Origin: an uncultured Nitrososphaeraceae archaeon
GTDB taxonomy: Archaea > Thermoproteota > Nitrososphaeria > Nitrososphaerales > Nitrososphaeraceae
Direction: 5' to 3'
Assembly: GCA_963729045.1 (NCBI GenBank)
Contig: CAVSMN010000003.1
Location: forward strand, 1-18,452
DNA: 18,452 nt
Below, one piece after another: positions 18,140 to 18,452 of this stretch (position 1 is the first letter of the stretch; each line of letters opens with the position of its first letter). Below the pieces are notes generated by a model. The model ran no database searches. It was not told the origin of the DNA and worked only from the letters and a program-made list of their open reading frames with translations. Both the position numbers and the translations under genes were made by a program.

Positions 18140-18452
18140 TCTTTTTTTTAAACACTTTCGATTTTAGAATTTCTACAATTAACAATTGATTTTAGATATA
18201 CCACAATAACAATTGCATTATTTCAATATTTACTCAAATAATAGTAAATACTGAGTATAAGTAAAAATTTATAAAAATTACTTAAATAATTTCCGTTGTC
18301 TTTGATATTTATCTAGTAACGGTTAAATTATAAAATATTTTCAACAATCCCACAATTTTTTTTTAAAATCAATCTGATCTTGCTTTTGGACATACACAAG
18401 TAAGCAGCACTCCAAAATAACGTTTGATTCGAGAACACTAAGAGGTAACCAT

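Noticed and set aside
4767..18185. Short ORFs overlapping real genes on the opposite strand (4767, 6122, 8108, 10693, 15966, 17282, 17470, 17887, 17991)
   Set aside because: Each overlaps a better-supported CDS and has no motif.
1..18452. tRNA, rRNA, transposase or integrase
   Set aside because: No GC-rich structured RNA segment and no mobile-element protein motif were seen by eye.

Overview
AT-rich window with low coding density and archaeal-type signals (TATA boxes about 25-30 nt before start codons, oligo-T terminators). The gene set points to an ammonia-oxidising archaeon of the Nitrososphaeraceae, most like Ca. Nitrosocosmicus; this is an inference from gene families, not from a marker gene. 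Recognisable genes: a 5'-truncated matrixin-like metalloprotease, a C2H2 zinc finger, a SnoaL/NTF2-like protein, a CPxCG zinc ribbon, a membrane-anchored HNH nuclease, an LpxD-like acyltransferase, a phasin-like helical protein, two winged-helix regulators, several secreted hypotheticals, and two relics (a histidine-kinase ATPase fragment and an NHL-repeat pseudogene missing from the ORF track). The main finding is a family of four secreted proteins built from one ~48-aa Gln/Asn/Ser/Gly-rich module, present in 7, 1, 2 and 1 copies (1218-2841 minus; 14565-14834; 15341-15871; 17858-18139). The module has alternating Q/N positions, a co-varying Cys pair and a conserved end (GQQ). It looks like a beta-hairpin/cross-beta fibre subunit and is a candidate archaeal functional-amyloid or biofilm-matrix system. 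The two multi-module genes are broken by several 1-nt indels, so the ORF track shows them only as fragments. Several lesions look like hybrids of repeat variants and may be assembly artefacts.
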